Part shown: positions 46,092 to 59,229 of the stretch, piece by piece
How the letters are laid out: every line of letters begins with the position of its first letter
How positions within the stretch are numbered: the first letter of the stretch is position 1
Assembly: GCA_041653035.1 (NCBI GenBank)
Contig: JBAZGE010000001.1
Coordinates: forward strand, 19,540-83,539
Direction: 5' to 3'
Length of the DNA stretch: 64,000 nucleotides
Source: Candidatus Omnitrophota bacterium
Lineage (GTDB): Bacteria > Omnitrophota > Gorgyraeia > Gygaellales > Profunditerraquicolaceae
Notes under the pieces: model-generated
The model's input: the letters and a program-made list of their open reading frames with translations, nothing else
Database searches by the model: none
Told to the model about the DNA's origin: nothing
Translations under genes and position numbers: made by a program

Positions 46092-46775
46092 CTACAGGAT
46101 ATTCTCCACTGCTTTACGCGGATCGCCTGCTTCCAGGATCGGCCTGCCAACCACTAAAAAATCACTCCCTGCCGTAAGCGCCTCTTTCGCTGTCGCGGTC
46201 CTTTTTTGATCATCTCCCGGCGCGGTTTTCGGCCGTATCCCGGGCGTCACAATTATAAATTTCTTTTTGATGGTTTTGCGCAACAGGCGGACCTCCCGGG
46301 CGGAACAAACCACGCCGTCAAGTCCTGCCGCTAATCCCGCCTTTGCAAGTTTAAGCACGTCCGCGGGGCCGGCCTCCCGGCTGGTTAAAACCGTTACGCC
46401 GATCAGTAAAGGCCTTCGCCGGCGGAGGAATTTCGCTTCGGCTTTTGCCGCCTGCACCGCCGCGGAAAGCATCTCTTTCCCGCCGCTTATATGCACGGTA
46501 AGCATTTTAATCTCCAGGCGCACCGCCTGCCGCACGGCACGGGCAACCGTGTTGGGAATATCGTGGAATTTCAGCTCCAGGAACACCTCCGCACCTTTAT
46601 TGCGGATATACTCGATGACCCGGGGCCCTGCCGCAGTGAACAACTGGGAACCCACTTTAAAAATCCCCACCGGGGGATACAATTCATTCACCAATTTCCT
46701 GGCCTGGACTATGGTATCCACATCAAGAGCAACTATGAGCTTAGTCCGGAGTATCGCTGCGGAGTTTTGAGTCAT
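46092..46775 (-). CDS. pyrF: Orotidine 5'-phosphate decarboxylase
   Basis: 227 aa. KLIVALDVDT and FKVGSQLF motifs, Lys/Asp active-site region. Confidence 0.85.
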   Translation of the reverse strand: MTQNSAAILRTKLIVALDVDTIVQARKLVNELYPPVGIFKVGSQLFTAAGPRVIEYIRNKGAEVFLELKFHDIPNTVARAVRQAVRLEIKMLTVHISGGKEMLSAAVQAAKAEAKFLRRRRPLLIGVTVLTSREAGPADVLKLAKAGLAAGLDGVVCSAREVRLLRKTIKKKFIIVTPGIRPKTAPGDDQKRTATAKEALTAGSDFLVVGRPILEAGDPRKAVENIL

Positions 46776-47701
46776 GAGTTCAGGGAACCTATCAGAGTTT
46801 TGATGTTTTTTATATTCTTTTTTACTAAATATTTTTGTATGCCTTCGATGATCTCCCCGGTGATCCCGGGATTGATGAAATTTGCCGTGCCTACGGCGAC
46901 CGCGGTCGCCCCGGCGATCAAAAATTCAAGGGCATCAGCGGCGCTCATGATACCGCCCATACCGATGACGGGAATGCTGAGTTTCTGTGCGGCATCGCAG
47001 ACCATTTTCAAAGCAATAGGCTTGATGGCCGGTCCGCTTAACCCGCCGATACGGTTCCCCAATTTCGGTTTTCGACTTTCGATATCTATGCTCATGCCGT
47101 AAAACGTATTGACCAGGCTTACCGCGTCGCTCCCCGCCCGTTCCGCAGCCAGGGCGATCTCCGTGATATCGGTCACATTCGGGGACAATTTGGTGATGAT
47201 TGTTTTCCGCGTAACCTTTCTAACCGATCGTACGGCACTATAGGTCGTTCGTGCGTCCTGCGCGATGAGCGGATATTTCATGCCCCTCTTCCCCTGAACG
47301 ACGTTTGGACAGGAAATGTTCAACTCCAGAGCCTCAACCGCCGGGATTTCGTTCAACCTGCCTGCCAAAGCCGCAAACTCCCCTATCCCGCCTTCCGAAG
47401 CGATACTCACGATCACCGGAATGCCGAAGTCTTTCAATACCGGGAGTTTTTCTCTAACAAAAACCTCCAGCCCCGGGTTCTCAAGGCCTATCGAATTCAA
47501 CATCCCCGCGGATGTCTCGCAGGTACGCGGAGGGACATTCCCCGGCCGGGGGTTCACGGTAATGGTCTTTGATACAACCGCTCCCAATTTTTTCAAAGCG
47601 GCAAAATCCTTAAATTCCTCGGCATAACCGAATGTGCCCGAAGCAGCCATGACCGGGTTTTTAAGAGCCAGCTTCCCGATTTTTACCGAATAGTTACTCA
47701 C
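46772..47701 (-). CDS. pyrD: Dihydroorotate dehydrogenase 1B catalytic subunit
   Basis: 309 aa. ASGTFGY, NISCPNV (active Cys), GGI...G FMN-binding motifs. 4-nt overlap with pyrF. Confidence 0.85.
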   Translation of the reverse strand: MSNYSVKIGKLALKNPVMAASGTFGYAEEFKDFAALKKLGAVVSKTITVNPRPGNVPPRTCETSAGMLNSIGLENPGLEVFVREKLPVLKDFGIPVIVSIASEGGIGEFAALAGRLNEIPAVEALELNISCPNVVQGKRGMKYPLIAQDARTTYSAVRSVRKVTRKTIITKLSPNVTDITEIALAAERAGSDAVSLVNTFYGMSIDIESRKPKLGNRIGGLSGPAIKPIALKMVCDAAQKLSIPVIGMGGIMSAADALEFLIAGATAVAVGTANFINPGITGEIIEGIQKYLVKKNIKNIKTLIGSLNS

Positions 47702-49184
47702 TGGTTATCTCCTGCGGCCGTTTAACACCGTATACAAACGGAACCGGTTTTACCGTTAACGCGCTTTCATACGCTTTGACGGCTTCTTCATACATACCTT
47801 TGCCCATATACGCATCTCCCAGACGGCGGAAAGCTTCGATAAAACGCGGGTCGAACTCTATGGCTTTTTTTAGTGTTTCGATAGCCCGGTCATATAACCG
47901 GTTATCCCGGTAAACCCCTCCGAGTCCGGCGTAAAACAACGCGGATTCCGGATCAAGCTGTATCGACTTGAGAAGCTCTTTAACCGCATAGTCCTGCAGG
48001 CCCATTTTATGATACGTACGGCCAAGCGTATAATGGACAAGCGCGTACTCAGGATCGATCGCAAGCGCTTCCTTCAAAAGAACCGACGCCCGGGAAAATT
48101 TTCCCTGAAGGACATAAACATCGGCAAGGACAATGCGGGCAGGGATATTTTCGGGCGCCAACTGAAGCGCTTTCCGGCACTCGGCTATGGCTTTTTCGTA
48201 CCGGCCTTTTTTTCCGAAAATGACGGCAAGCCCTACGCGCGTTTCCACAGAACCGGGTTCGAGCCCGGCTGCGCGCTGATACGTCTTAAGCGCGTTATGC
48301 TCTTCTCCGTTCATGTCGTAAGCGTTCCCCAGCATTACCAGGATATCAACGGCATAGGGATCAAGCGTTATCGCCTTCCTTAAAATATCTATCGCCTCGG
48401 CATACCTGCTCTGTTCCTGGTATATCGCGCCGATGCCTTTATAAAATACTGTCTGCTGAGGGTCAAGACGAATAGCCTGAGCCATTTCCCGGAGGGCGTC
48501 GGAATCTTTCCCCAGATCGTGATATAACCGGCCAAGGGTATAATGCGCTCTGGGATACGCGGGATCGAGCGCGACTGCTTCCGTCAAAACTGCCGCCGCC
48601 TTATCATGTTTTTTTCTGGAAAGATATACATCTCCGAGCGTATCACGGGCCGCGGCATTACCGGGCTCAAGTTTAAGCGCCTTCTCGCATTCTATAACAG
48701 CCTGGTCACACAGGCCTTTTCGCCTGAATATTCGGGCGATATGCGCGTATGTATACGCATAATCGGGAACGGTCTTTAATCCCTTTTCCAACTCAAGAAA
48801 AGAATCTTCCAGCATTCCTTTGGCGTAGTAAATATCCGCCAGGCCGAAGTGCGCCCATCCTGCAGTCATTCCTTTTGGATCAAGGGCCGCCGCCCGCTCA
48901 TATAAGTCCAGCGCGCTATCGTACCGTTTTTGGATCGCGTAAATCATTCCCAGGCGCAGATGCGCTTCGGCACGATCAGGCGAGAGTTTTCCCGCTTGTT
49001 CAAGTTCCACAAGCGCTTCTTTATATTTACCGCCTTTATAGAGAAGGATCCCGCTTTCAAAATGATTTTCCTGCGCGGTTTTCGCGAAACCATACGGGGA
49101 AACCGTGCACAACAAAACCGTGAGCGCAAAAGCCCGTTCGATCCTCATAATTACGCGCGGATTTATGTTAAAAGCTCGGCTCAA
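47694..49184 (-). CDS. Secreted multi-TPR repeat protein
   Basis: 496 aa. Signal-like N-terminus and >10 TPR units (A..Y..G....A...Y..AL.L.P). Confidence 0.6.
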   Translation of the reverse strand: MSRAFNINPRVIMRIERAFALTVLLCTVSPYGFAKTAQENHFESGILLYKGGKYKEALVELEQAGKLSPDRAEAHLRLGMIYAIQKRYDSALDLYERAAALDPKGMTAGWAHFGLADIYYAKGMLEDSFLELEKGLKTVPDYAYTYAHIARIFRRKGLCDQAVIECEKALKLEPGNAAARDTLGDVYLSRKKHDKAAAVLTEAVALDPAYPRAHYTLGRLYHDLGKDSDALREMAQAIRLDPQQTVFYKGIGAIYQEQSRYAEAIDILRKAITLDPYAVDILVMLGNAYDMNGEEHNALKTYQRAAGLEPGSVETRVGLAVIFGKKGRYEKAIAECRKALQLAPENIPARIVLADVYVLQGKFSRASVLLKEALAIDPEYALVHYTLGRTYHKMGLQDYAVKELLKSIQLDPESALFYAGLGGVYRDNRLYDRAIETLKKAIEFDPRFIEAFRRLGDAYMGKGMYEEAVKAYESALTVKPVPFVYGVKRPQEITSE

Positions 49185-50316
49185 TGCACAGAATCTTATA
49201 TTTTTTGAAATCCTTGAGCCCTCCCTTGATGAAACTCAGGTTCGTTAGATATTTTAATTTACACCAGGTAAAGAATTGCGATTTAGGTTCCATATCGAAA
49301 TTCCACTTCACGTACTGATACAGGAAATACACGGTCAACAGGAAAGATATAAGCGTGAATATCTTGATACCTGCGCCGGCGGCAATAAAACTCAGGAGCA
49401 ATCCTATCACGAAAAACAAGCCAAAGAGATGCATCAGGTGAAAATTCCCGATATACACAAACCCGCGCAGGGGGAACGGCAGGATAAAAGACGGGCACCC
49501 GTTAAAACACTGCATAAGTATCTCAAGGCCGTTCTTCTTTACGTATTTATTCAAAAGCGGCAGGTGCGCCTGCCCGTAGGTGACCCATACTTTCCGTAAT
49601 GCCTGGGTGTCCGCCCGGTGCATATGGTCGACTTTCGCCAAGGGGGCAAAATAAAATTTCCAGCCTTTGCTTCGGTGCTGATAACTCAAGTCCATATCCT
49701 CACCCGTCGGCAGGTCCCAGAATCTTCCGCCGATATCTTTCATCGCCGACCTGCGGTACGCCACATTGCAGGTCCCGAAGAAATACCCGCGGTGCCCGCA
49801 AATATCAGACGGTTTAGGATTAACGGGAAAATCGGGATAATACCCTTCCTTTATAAACCCGTACCGGGGCGCAACCATGTTAAACCGGAAATGCTGGCAC
49901 CATGCTTCCACCATATTATTCGGGTCGACTTTTAACGTATAGACCTCGCCTCCGACCGCGGCTATTTTAGGATCGCGTTCAAAATGCTTAAGCATCTCGT
50001 TGACCCAGTTTTTATCCGGCGCGCAATCACCATCTGTAAAAAATAAAAAATCCCCTTTAACTACCTCGAGGATTTTATTGCGCGCGAAACCCGGCGAAGG
50101 GCAATGGGGGATCTCGACAAGCTTGATAAAAGGATACTTTTTCTGCCATTCCTTGATGATCGGTACGGTTTTATCCGTTGAGCCGCCGTCACCCACGACC
50201 CATTCCCAGGAATCCCGGGGATAATCGACATTTAAAAGGAACTCGAAACTTTTTTCGATAGTCCGCTCAAAATTCCTGACCGGAATGACGATGGAAATAA
50301 AAGGCGCCTTTGCCAT
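49168..50316 (-). CDS. Family-2 glycosyltransferase with C-terminal TM anchor
   Basis: ISIVIPVRN...GDGGSTD and FTDGDC (DxD) GT2-A motifs. C-terminal hydrophobic helices. Confidence 0.7.
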   Translation of the reverse strand: MAKAPFISIVIPVRNFERTIEKSFEFLLNVDYPRDSWEWVVGDGGSTDKTVPIIKEWQKKYPFIKLVEIPHCPSPGFARNKILEVVKGDFLFFTDGDCAPDKNWVNEMLKHFERDPKIAAVGGEVYTLKVDPNNMVEAWCQHFRFNMVAPRYGFIKEGYYPDFPVNPKPSDICGHRGYFFGTCNVAYRRSAMKDIGGRFWDLPTGEDMDLSYQHRSKGWKFYFAPLAKVDHMHRADTQALRKVWVTYGQAHLPLLNKYVKKNGLEILMQCFNGCPSFILPFPLRGFVYIGNFHLMHLFGLFFVIGLLLSFIAAGAGIKIFTLISFLLTVYFLYQYVKWNFDMEPKSQFFTWCKLKYLTNLSFIKGGLKDFKKYKILCIEPSF

Positions 50317-50418
50317 CCTTTCCCTCCTTATCTGGATTTGTTCTCCTTTTTAAAGTGCGTCTCCCGTCGTGCCCATAGATGCTCCTCTCGTGTCCTGCAT
50401 ACATGCTACATCATGCCT

Positions 50419-51339
50419 TTACCATAATATATCCAAAGCACCAAATACCGGGCCTTCTTTACAAACCCGCTTGTACCCCGCTTGGGTATTAATCACACAC
50501 CCCAGACACGCGCCTATCCCGCAGGCCATATGCGATTCCAGGGAAAGCTGGGCCGCAAGAGCGTATTTTTTCGCGATCCCGCTCATTACCTGGAGCATGG
50601 GCTTCGGCCCGCAGGCATAGATAGTTAACGGTACGCCAAAAGGCGGCACCGGCCCTTCCGCTAAGGCCGGGTGCTCACCGTTCACCGATGACAGCCGGGA
50701 TGTAAACAAATCGGTAACACGGCCTTTGAATCCGCGTGAGCCGTCGTCTGTTGCTATTGTAACATCGCAACCGCATTTTTTAAACTCTTTTTCGCACAAG
50801 ATATGTTCTCCGGTCCGCGCGCCGATCAAAACCTTGATCTTTGATCTTTTTCTCTCCGCCGGAGAGTTTGCGCCAAAAAAAATTTTCTCGCGTATTTTCT
50901 CCGCGAGGAACAAAAGCGGGGCGGCGCCCATGCCGCCGGCAATGAGAATCGGAGTGCGATTACCGGTTCCCGCTATACCAAAATCGAAACCGTTCCCCAG
51001 AGGGCCGATCATATCCAGAGACGTTCCGGATCTCTTGGCCGAGAGGATCTCCGTTCCCTGCCCCACCACTTCATATAAAATCTCAACCGTTTCCCGTTTC
51101 CCGTTTCCCGTTTCCGGACGTACACCGCTAACCGTATCCCGATAACCGATTTTATGGATACTGAACGGCCTCCGTAACAACGGCTGCAAGCCTTCCCCGA
51201 CACGGACCATCACAAACTGCCCGGGCAAAGCCGCCCGGGCTATTTCCGGAGCTTCAACACTCAGATGGAAATAATTACTTTTAACTCTGGTGTTCTGAAT
51301 TACTTTTGCCTTTAGTTGAACCATTCTTCTCCAAGACAA
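50419..51339 (-). CDS. pyrK: Dihydroorotate dehydrogenase electron-transfer subunit
   Basis: 306 aa. RPFS FAD motif. C-terminal 2Fe-2S CGIGACLGC. Contains a repeat-encoded insertion (PETGNGKRETVE). Confidence 0.8.
   Translation of the reverse strand: MSWRRMVQLKAKVIQNTRVKSNYFHLSVEAPEIARAALPGQFVMVRVGEGLQPLLRRPFSIHKIGYRDTVSGVRPETGNGKRETVEILYEVVGQGTEILSAKRSGTSLDMIGPLGNGFDFGIAGTGNRTPILIAGGMGAAPLLFLAEKIREKIFFGANSPAERKRSKIKVLIGARTGEHILCEKEFKKCGCDVTIATDDGSRGFKGRVTDLFTSRLSSVNGEHPALAEGPVPPFGVPLTIYACGPKPMLQVMSGIAKKYALAAQLSLESHMACGIGACLGCVINTQAGYKRVCKEGPVFGALDILW
51087..51114. repeat. Tandem 7-nt repeat (CCGTTTC)x4 within the pyrK coding sequence
   Basis: Read directly. Encodes ETGNGKRET on the minus strand. 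Confidence 0.8.
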
Positions 51340-52012
51340 GCGTGCTTTTTCTGAGGTAAATTATAAGGCCGATAAATAACCCGATGGTCATCAAAATCCC
51401 GGCTGCCTCCCCCAGATAAACGGTTATGCCGTTCATCATAACATCCTCCCATGATTCCATCAGAAGCGTAACAAACAATACCACCAGTATTGTCCCGAGT
51501 TCTCTCCTAAGCCAGATAAATTTCATGGGCAAATATTCATTGATATCCCGTTCGAACAAGCTCCGGAGGGAGGGAAAAAGACGGGGGACAGCACGTTGAT
51601 ATTTCGGGAACTCCGCGGGAAATAAAATCAACAGTTTCTTTTCTTCGCTAAAAATGAGGAGAATGTAACGGATGACAAAAACAACCAGAAAAATAGCCAC
51701 CACCCACCACTTAAACAACATAAGCACGATGCCGAACCCGATCAGTAATATGCCTAAATACATGGGATTACGGACAAAGGCGTACGGGCCGCTCTGAATA
51801 AGCGAATGCCCGCTGTGGGAATATTCGGATTTATATCCGCGGGCTGAAGCGCGAAAGAGCTGCCCCAAAAGAATACAGGTGACCCCAAGCACTTCAAAAA
51901 ATTCATCCCATAGTTCGATCTGCCCCCTGCGCAAGAAAAAGTCGGGAAAAACGCTGATGCCCAACAAAACAAAAACCATGATCACGCCGTTTATCTTAAG
52001 ACGCTTCTTCAT
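51281..52012 (-). CDS. Isoprenylcysteine carboxyl methyltransferase (ICMT)/phospholipid methyltransferase-family membrane protein
   Basis: Multi-TM. GPYAFVRNPMYLG motif. Start taken at MKKRLKING (the track ORF reaches 52087, overlapping mutM). Confidence 0.55.
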   Translation of the reverse strand: MKKRLKINGVIMVFVLLGISVFPDFFLRRGQIELWDEFFEVLGVTCILLGQLFRASARGYKSEYSHSGHSLIQSGPYAFVRNPMYLGILLIGFGIVLMLFKWWVVAIFLVVFVIRYILLIFSEEKKLLILFPAEFPKYQRAVPRLFPSLRSLFERDINEYLPMKFIWLRRELGTILVVLFVTLLMESWEDVMMNGITVYLGEAAGILMTIGLFIGLIIYLRKSTLVLEKNGSTKGKSNSEHQS

Positions 52013-52065
52013 ACTTTTTATACCCCTTGAAGATGAATAAATACCGCCGGTTACGCGCGCGGATA

Positions 52066-52866
52066 CTATCGTTGACATCGGGGACAAAAATAAGTCCCCC
52101 GCCCGCCCAATGAAATTCTTTTAACCGGTGTTTTACAACAAAAACACCGTTCGCCTTCCCTGCCGTACACCTTATGCCGCGACTTAAAACTGCCCTTCCG
52201 CCCCGACAGGCGCACGTACGTATCCACGGAAGATCCTCCGTGCTTCACCGCCTCTTTTAAAATATCTTTTATGGCCAGAAGCAGTTTCTCCTTTTCTTCG
52301 CCGGAAAGAGAACACGCCGGCCGCGCCGGATGGATCCCGGCCCGGAACAAACTCTCCGCCGCATACAGATTCCCTATGCCGGCGATAAAATCCTGCTCCA
52401 TCAGAAGAGGTTTTATTTTTGTTCTTTTCGTTCCCAGTTTTTCCTTGAAATCTTCGGGGGTTAAGTCAAACGGTTCGGGGCCGAGCTGTTGAATGAAACG
52501 CAATGAACGCCAGTCATCCAGAAGCCGCACCTCAGCGAACAGGCGCTGGTCGCTAAAATCCATTATCCGGCCGTCCGCGAAACGGAAACTCAAACGGCTC
52601 CCCCGGCCGCTGCCCGGATAAACCAATTGCCCGGTCATTTTCAAATGAATAACCAGCGCTTTCCCATTCGACAACTCCAGGATCAAAACCTTCCCTTTAC
52701 GCAGGATATCCGTTATTTCAAGGCCGACAAGCCCTTTTTTGAATTTATCCACGGACGGAAACCGGATCACCGCCGGATTGTACACGCAGACCTCGGCTAT
52801 CCGCTTACCGACCACCGCCTTTTTCAAATCTCTTTTTATGGTCTCGACTTCCGGCAATTCGGGCAT
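52066..52866 (-). CDS. mutM: Formamidopyrimidine-DNA glycosylase
   Basis: MPELPEVE N-terminus, H2TH region, C-terminal zinc finger CxxC...CxxC. Confidence 0.85.
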   Translation of the reverse strand: MPELPEVETIKRDLKKAVVGKRIAEVCVYNPAVIRFPSVDKFKKGLVGLEITDILRKGKVLILELSNGKALVIHLKMTGQLVYPGSGRGSRLSFRFADGRIMDFSDQRLFAEVRLLDDWRSLRFIQQLGPEPFDLTPEDFKEKLGTKRTKIKPLLMEQDFIAGIGNLYAAESLFRAGIHPARPACSLSGEEKEKLLLAIKDILKEAVKHGGSSVDTYVRLSGRKGSFKSRHKVYGREGERCFCCKTPVKRISLGGRGTYFCPRCQR

Positions 52867-52879
52867 TTCTCGTCACCAT

Positions 52880-53278
52880 TTACGAACTATGAGCTATTTT
52901 CACCCAGACTTCTCTCATCCGCGGACCGTCGCTTTCACAAAAATATATCCCCTGCCAGTTCCCCAGGGCTAAGCGTCCGCCTTCAACAAACACATTCACC
53001 GAAGAACCAAACAACGAAGATTTAATGTGCCCATCCGAATTACCCTCGGTATGCGCATACCCGGCATTTGCCGGAATAAGTTTATTGAGCGTATCCGTAA
53101 TATCTTTTTTTACCGCGGCATCCGCATTCTCGTTAATAGTCAGGCCGGCGGTGGTATGCGGGCAAAACACAAAACAAATACCGCCGCTTATTTTGCTTTT
53201 ATCTACTATCCGCTGGACCTCCGCGGTTATATCGACCAGACCCGTTCTTGAATACGTTTTTAGGCCGATTCTCTCCAT
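52880..53278 (-). CDS. YjbQ/UPF0047-family protein
   Basis: 132 aa. GICFVFCPHTTAGLTINEN and GHIKSSLFGSSV motifs. Confidence 0.7.
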   Translation of the reverse strand: MERIGLKTYSRTGLVDITAEVQRIVDKSKISGGICFVFCPHTTAGLTINENADAAVKKDITDTLNKLIPANAGYAHTEGNSDGHIKSSLFGSSVNVFVEGGRLALGNWQGIYFCESDGPRMREVWVKIAHSS

Positions 53279-53293
53279 AAAACCATCATCCTC

Positions 53294-56617
<3,324 letters not shown>

Positions 56618-56659
56618 TCTTAACTCCTTTGCAGTTATTAACCTGATGCAAATCCCGGA

Positions 56660-57736
56660 TTAAACACAATATTTCATAAACCTGTCAAACACCGGATTGA
56701 CTTCGTCAAAACCCGGACTGGCCGGCTCATACTGTACGCCGATAATTTTCAATTTTTTGTTTTCCACCTCTTCGATAGTGCGGTCATTCAGATTGTACCC
56801 GGTGATCTTGAAATCTTTGTTCCGGCATAATGATTCCGGATCGACAACGGAAGAATGGTTTTGAACGGTAATCTCGCTTTTATGGGAAACCGGATTATAC
56901 ACCGGATAATTCACCCCGTGATGCCCCAGCTTCATTTTTGTTATCTTGGCGCCGCAGGCGCGCGCTATCACGTGAAACCCCGCGGAGATCCCCAAGAGAG
57001 GGATCTTCCCCGGCAGCCCGTGCATATTCCGGGCGGCATTTTCCAGTGCCGGATCGTCCTCCGGACCGCCGGAAATAATAATGCCGCGCGGTTTCGAAGA
57101 AAGGATGTCCGCTGACAGAGCGTCATGAGGAAAAAGAGTGACGCAGAACCCGGCGTCCCGCAGCTGCTTGGCCATACTATTGGTCATGCCTAAATCCAAA
57201 ACCGCGATCCTTTTCGATTTCGGGTTTTCCCGGGACGGCATCGTTTTCATAGAAACGGAAATATCCGGCAATAAACTTGCCGGCTGTTTTTTGCATTCCG
57301 CGTTTAATTTCGCCAGCAAATCCCCGGGCTCGAAACATTCGGAAGAAATAATCCCCGCCATTTCCCCTTTTTGCCTGATATGCACGGCCAGAGAACGGGT
57401 ATCTATTCCGGAAATCACCGGAAGATTGTTTTCTTTCGCGAAATCGTTAAAACTCCCCTTTGCCTGCCAATTGGAAAAGATGCGCGACTGCTCTTTTATC
57501 ACTGCTCCCCGGGCCCACGACTTTTTCGATTCGTTGAATTTTGGCGCAGCGCCGTAATTCCCAATCAGAGGATAGGTAAACACTACGATCCTGCCGGCAT
57601 TAGCCGGATCAGTCATACTCTCCTGATATCCCACAACCGCAGTATTTAAAATTACCTTACCCACGCTCTCCCCCGAGCCAACCGGGGATTCCCCGAAAAA
57701 ACTTTTCCCGTCTTCAAGCATTAAGATCGCTTTCAT
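56660..57736 (-). CDS. carA: Carbamoyl-phosphate synthase small subunit (glutamine amidotransferase)
   Basis: 358 aa. N-terminal CPSase small-chain domain. GATase triad region (GISAGFHV, HH near the C-terminus). Confidence 0.9.
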   Translation of the reverse strand: MKAILMLEDGKSFFGESPVGSGESVGKVILNTAVVGYQESMTDPANAGRIVVFTYPLIGNYGAAPKFNESKKSWARGAVIKEQSRIFSNWQAKGSFNDFAKENNLPVISGIDTRSLAVHIRQKGEMAGIISSECFEPGDLLAKLNAECKKQPASLLPDISVSMKTMPSRENPKSKRIAVLDLGMTNSMAKQLRDAGFCVTLFPHDALSADILSSKPRGIIISGGPEDDPALENAARNMHGLPGKIPLLGISAGFHVIARACGAKITKMKLGHHGVNYPVYNPVSHKSEITVQNHSSVVDPESLCRNKDFKITGYNLNDRTIEEVENKKLKIIGVQYEPASPGFDEVNPVFDRFMKYCV

Positions 57737-57798
57737 CCATAAACTCCTTCTTACCGTAATTGTCGGTCTCCAGCCGCGAGTTTCCAGCTCTTAAAATC

Positions 57799-58317
57799 TT
57801 ATCGACTTTTTTTAATGATTTTTTTTACAACTTCCACTGTCTCTTCAACCGTATGAACCCGGATAATACCCGGGATATCGTCCAAACTTACCTTACCAAG
57901 GAATTTTGCAGTTAAAGAACCTTCCTGGCCAAGATTTTCGGGGACTAAACCAACTACGGGTATCCCAAACTGCAGGCAATAGGCGATCTCTGAAAGCGTT
58001 CCTGCTTCCCCAGGCAAAGCAATTACCACATCTGCGCTTTTAACGACCATAACATTCCGTGCCAGGCCCATTCCCGTAGGAATCACCACATCTACAAACG
58101 GATTGGCATCATTCTTATGATACCCCGGAATAATACCTATAGTGGTCCCGCCAACAGATTTAAATCCAGAACAAATTGCATTCATCACTCCACTTAATCC
58201 GCCACAAACAATAAAATCAACCACTTTTATTAATTTTTTACCGAGCTTTTGGGCCATACGCTCCACATCTTGATTACAACTATGTCCCCCTATTACTCCT
58301 ACGATCTTCTTCCGCAT
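57799..58317 (-). CDS. LOG-family / TIGR00725 (lysine-decarboxylase-like) protein
   Basis: 172 aa. IVCGGLSGVMNA and LPGEAGTLSE motifs. Confidence 0.6.
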   Translation of the reverse strand: MRKKIVGVIGGHSCNQDVERMAQKLGKKLIKVVDFIVCGGLSGVMNAICSGFKSVGGTTIGIIPGYHKNDANPFVDVVIPTGMGLARNVMVVKSADVVIALPGEAGTLSEIAYCLQFGIPVVGLVPENLGQEGSLTAKFLGKVSLDDIPGIIRVHTVEETVEVVKKIIKKSR

Positions 58318-58429
58318 ATTTTATTTTGTTTTATAAATAGAGCGTCTGGATTTGACCGCAATCGAATTTTTACTATATTAGTTTTTCTATTTTCGATTGC
58401 TCTAAAATTTTACCGCGGGCAAAAATTTT

Positions 58430-58501
58430 CGCCCCTGACAGGAGTCGAACCTGTACAACTGGCTTCGGAGGCCAGTGCCCTATCCATTGGACTACAGGGG
58501 C
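58430..58501 (-). tRNA. tRNA-Arg (anticodon CCG)
   Basis: Manual cloverleaf: acceptor GCCCCUG/CAGGGGC, anticodon stem CUGGC/GCCAG with loop CUCCGAA, T-loop UUCGACU. 72 nt. Confidence 0.85.
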
Positions 58502-58556
58502 AAATTTAGTTGTCGGTTGTCAGTTTTCAGTTATGAGAACAACACGGGGCCGCAAA

Positions 58557-59051
58557 TTAGCCGCGGCTGCCAAGGTTGAGCGCTTGTTTTATGGTTGAAA
58601 GAGCATATTCGCGGTCATTAACCTTGACCTGCGGGATTGAAAATCGTTTAAAAGCTTTCGCGCCTTTACCGGTAAGGATATTCTGCATATAATCGAGGCA
58701 ACGGCCATTACCGGTTCCACTGCCGTAGGTCGTAAACAAAACCACGGTTTTCCCTTCCAGGCCGGAACACCGGTCTAAATAGGTATTCATTGCCGGCGCC
58801 GGGCCAAACGCCCATACCGGAGTCCCCATGCAAATCACATCATACGGCCCAAGGTTAAAATCCATCTCCGGAAGCACGCTTCTGGCGCGCCCAAAAGCAC
58901 GAGCCGCTTGCCTGAAGAACGAACCGGATTCATCCAGAGACTTGAGTTCACAAAGTTGAATATCCCCCTGATCTTTCAAAGATTCAGCGAGCAAAGAAGC
59001 CGTTTTTCCGGTATTCCCGGAATACGAGTAGAAGACAATAATACCCTTCAT
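58557..59051 (-). CDS. Flavodoxin-like protein
   Basis: Start taken at MKGIIVFYSYSGNTGK (flavodoxin FMN-phosphate loop T/SxTGxT). The track ORF extends to 59135. Confidence 0.7.
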   Translation of the reverse strand: MKGIIVFYSYSGNTGKTASLLAESLKDQGDIQLCELKSLDESGSFFRQAARAFGRARSVLPEMDFNLGPYDVICMGTPVWAFGPAPAMNTYLDRCSGLEGKTVVLFTTYGSGTGNGRCLDYMQNILTGKGAKAFKRFSIPQVKVNDREYALSTIKQALNLGSRG

Positions 59052-59134
59052 AAGAGCCTCCCGGTATCGATTGAGCGGAGCCCCTCGGCCTAAAGGCCAA
59101 GGCTCCCTCCCCGAAGCAAAGAACACATTCCACA

Positions 59135-59164
59135 AAATCCCCGGGCTTCAGACCGGGGATTTTA
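59135..59164 (-). terminator. Hairpin terminator downstream of rfbB
   Basis: AAAATCCCCGG-GCTTCAGA-CCGGGGATTTT perfect 11-bp stem with A/T-rich ends (could act bidirectionally). Confidence 0.45.
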
Positions 59165-59229
59165 CGAAGGGGATTGAACAAAAGAAAGCGAATAGAATCT
59201 ATTTAGGCTACCATGAAACAGGATACTTT

